From a virus: a stretch of DNA of 64,000 nt. The DNA is taken from positions 7,150-71,149 of IMG/VR virus record IMGVR_UViG_3300047554_000338; one strand, given 5' to 3'. A model generated the notes under the pieces. The model had not been told where the DNA came from. It saw nothing but the letters and a program-made list of their open reading frames with translations, and searched no databases. Both the position numbers and the translations under genes were made by a program. Shown one piece after another: positions 62,338 to 64,000 of this stretch (the stretch's first letter is position 1; every line of letters starts with the position of its first letter).

Positions 62338-63087
62338 TCAGCCTCCATAGCCAGTGTCTGGCGTGTTAACCAGGGGCTGGATGTAAGGGAAGCGGAAGTC
62401 GCGGGCCATTGACAGGACCGGAGCACCTTTTGCTGAACCCTTGCGGTTTTCAAATGAGAGCTGGAAGTCACGCATCGCTGCGCTAGAGTCCAGGCCCTTC
62501 ATCTCGAGCCATTTCACGCGTGTGTACAGCGTGATCAATGTGGCATCGAGCAAAGCCACATCACCGTTCTGTGTGATGCGGTTCTTGTAAAGAGTCGGAT
62601 CGTTCTGATCGCGCACCCAGGCCTGAGACATGTAAAACACGTTCATCGTCTGAGGCGAGTTTGGAGGCGCGAGCACATAGATCATGTTGTCGCGCACCTG
62701 CCAGTAGAACGACAGCGTGGGCAACGTTGTGCGGATCAGCAGCTGCTGCCACATCTGTGGCGAGACAGGGCCGAGGGACGGGAACTGCGTCGTAGCGTTC
62801 CAGTTGGTTTGGTCGATCCAATCAAAGAAGTCCTCTGGCAGAGGGAATGCTTTTTCCTTCTGGCCGTTGGTGTCGGCAGTGATTGGGATCTGGTAATTCT
62901 TGATCAGCTCTTGCCAATCAAACATGGTGAGCAGCTCGATGCCGGCCATGTTGGCGGCCTGCACGAACTGCTGCACCGCTGGATCTTCTGATCCAGCTGG
63001 ATCGTTGGGGACGGGGAAGGCCACCATCGAGGCCACGTTCTGCACGATGGCCGAGAGGGTCGATTCGTTAACGATTTGAAAGGCCAT
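62338..63087 (-). CDS. Head-tail adaptor protein
   Basis: Paralog of 27434..28189. Confidence 0.6.
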   Translation of the reverse strand: MAFQIVNESTLSAIVQNVASMVAFPVPNDPAGSEDPAVQQFVQAANMAGIELLTMFDWQELIKNYQIPITADTNGQKEKAFPLPEDFFDWIDQTNWNATTQFPSLGPVSPQMWQQLLIRTTLPTLSFYWQVRDNMIYVLAPPNSPQTMNVFYMSQAWVRDQNDPTLYKNRITQNGDVALLDATLITLYTRVKWLEMKGLDSSAAMRDFQLSFENRKGSAKGAPVLSMARDFRFPYIQPLVNTPDTGYGG

Positions 63088-63100
63088 CCCCTACTCCTAT

Positions 63101-63715
63101 TTACTCAGCTTCAGCTGTTGCTGGCGCCACGTTGCGCTTGGCGGGCTTGGCGCTGGCTTGCAGTGCCTCGACCATCGTGCGCAGGTTCTCGATCTCCGCG
63201 TCGCGCTTTTGCAGCTCGGCGTTCATCTTCTCGATCGGGGCGTTGTTGGCCGCGACCTCCATAAATGCCTTGGCGCGTTGCTTGTCCGATTGAAAAGACA
63301 TGAACTTGCCGCCCAAGTTGTCGTTCGCGTCTGCGAGCTGCTCAACCGTGACGATCTTGAAGAACTTGTATTCCTCGACCTTGGACGCGTTCATGCCTGG
63401 CAAAGCGCTCAATGGAGTGCCGGTGACAGCTTCTTCCTGGCCAGCCTTCCATTTGTTGTATCGGTCCTGGAAGCGAAAGATGTCCTGCTGACTCAGAGGA
63501 CGCTCAATCACAGAGGACTTGTCGCCCGGCACATGAATGCGGACGTAATCGACTTCCTCGTACACAGCGCGGCCAGCTTCACGGCTCTTGCCGGGTTGCA
63601 TGACAGGCTTTCGGAAAAACTCGATGTAGAGCTTGTTATCGGCGGCAAAGCGGGTCTCATCCGGTTTGGAAAAGTCGCTGGGCTCGTCGAAGATGGTTGG
63701 TGTCGTGGGTTGCAT
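63101..63715 (-). CDS. Hypothetical protein
   Basis: Paralog of 28202..28816. Confidence 0.7.
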   Translation of the reverse strand: MQPTTPTIFDEPSDFSKPDETRFAADNKLYIEFFRKPVMQPGKSREAGRAVYEEVDYVRIHVPGDKSSVIERPLSQQDIFRFQDRYNKWKAGQEEAVTGTPLSALPGMNASKVEEYKFFKIVTVEQLADANDNLGGKFMSFQSDKQRAKAFMEVAANNAPIEKMNAELQKRDAEIENLRTMVEALQASAKPAKRNVAPATAEAE

Positions 63716-63736
63716 CTCTGACCTTTTTTATTTGAA

Positions 63737-63922
63737 TTACACGTTGGTCTCGATCACTAGATCGGTACCAGGGGAGCCACCGATGCGTGAGCCACCGATG
63801 GATGCACCGTCAACGCCTGTCAGGCCAATGCCTTCACAGACTGCGCCGGTGGATTGGGATGCAGCCGTGTCAACGACTGCGGGAGCTGCTGCGGAAACTG
63901 CGCCGCTAAATGTTGCTGCCAT
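63737..63922 (-). CDS. Small hypothetical protein
   Basis: Paralog of 28838..29023. Confidence 0.6.
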   Translation of the reverse strand: MAATFSGAVSAAAPAVVDTAASQSTGAVCEGIGLTGVDGASIGGSRIGGSPGTDLVIETNV

Positions 63923-64000
63923 GATTTATTCCTTCCGTTAAAAAACCCGAGGGGTTGTGGGTCTCCCCAGTCCCTCGGGAAAGGGAGACCCACGACGGCC

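Larger units (their letters stand above)
1..64000. mobile_element. Tandem/concatemeric temperate podovirus-like phage genomes (~35 kb period, two divergent copies)
   Basis: Gene order from 1-29100 repeats at 35077-64000 with divergent sequence; two integrases, two CI/Cro switches and two lysis modules; no host genes. Confidence 0.93.

Overview
The whole window is temperate-phage DNA; I recognise no host genes. It holds about 1.8 head-to-tail copies of a ~35 kb podovirus-like genome. Position 1 corresponds to ~35077 and ~29100 to ~64000. The copies are mosaic relatives: some modules are near-identical, others are replaced outright. Each unit has a CI/Cro switch, primase-helicase, AAA/SSB/exonuclease/RuvC genes, a tyrosine integrase followed by a tRNA 3'-half att site, and on the minus strand terminase, portal, capsid, tail, ejection, fibre and lysis genes. 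The most notable observation is a 1,054-bp integrase-less two-gene cassette between two covarying tRNA-Leu(TAG) 3' halves, each flanked by paired TG(G/A/T)CACA arm-type repeats. It looks like a non-autonomous mini-element using the phage integrase. The second integrase keeps the same arm motif and anticodon-stem core but is paired with a tRNA-Ser(CGA) half. Other signals are a dispersed 17-bp operator family, a terminator/antiterminator switch after the capsid gene, a block-mosaic receptor-binding protein, and a protein whose low-complexity core is swapped between copies. Whether the dimer is biological or an assembly chimera cannot be decided from sequence alone. All family assignments are from motif recognition, not database searches.
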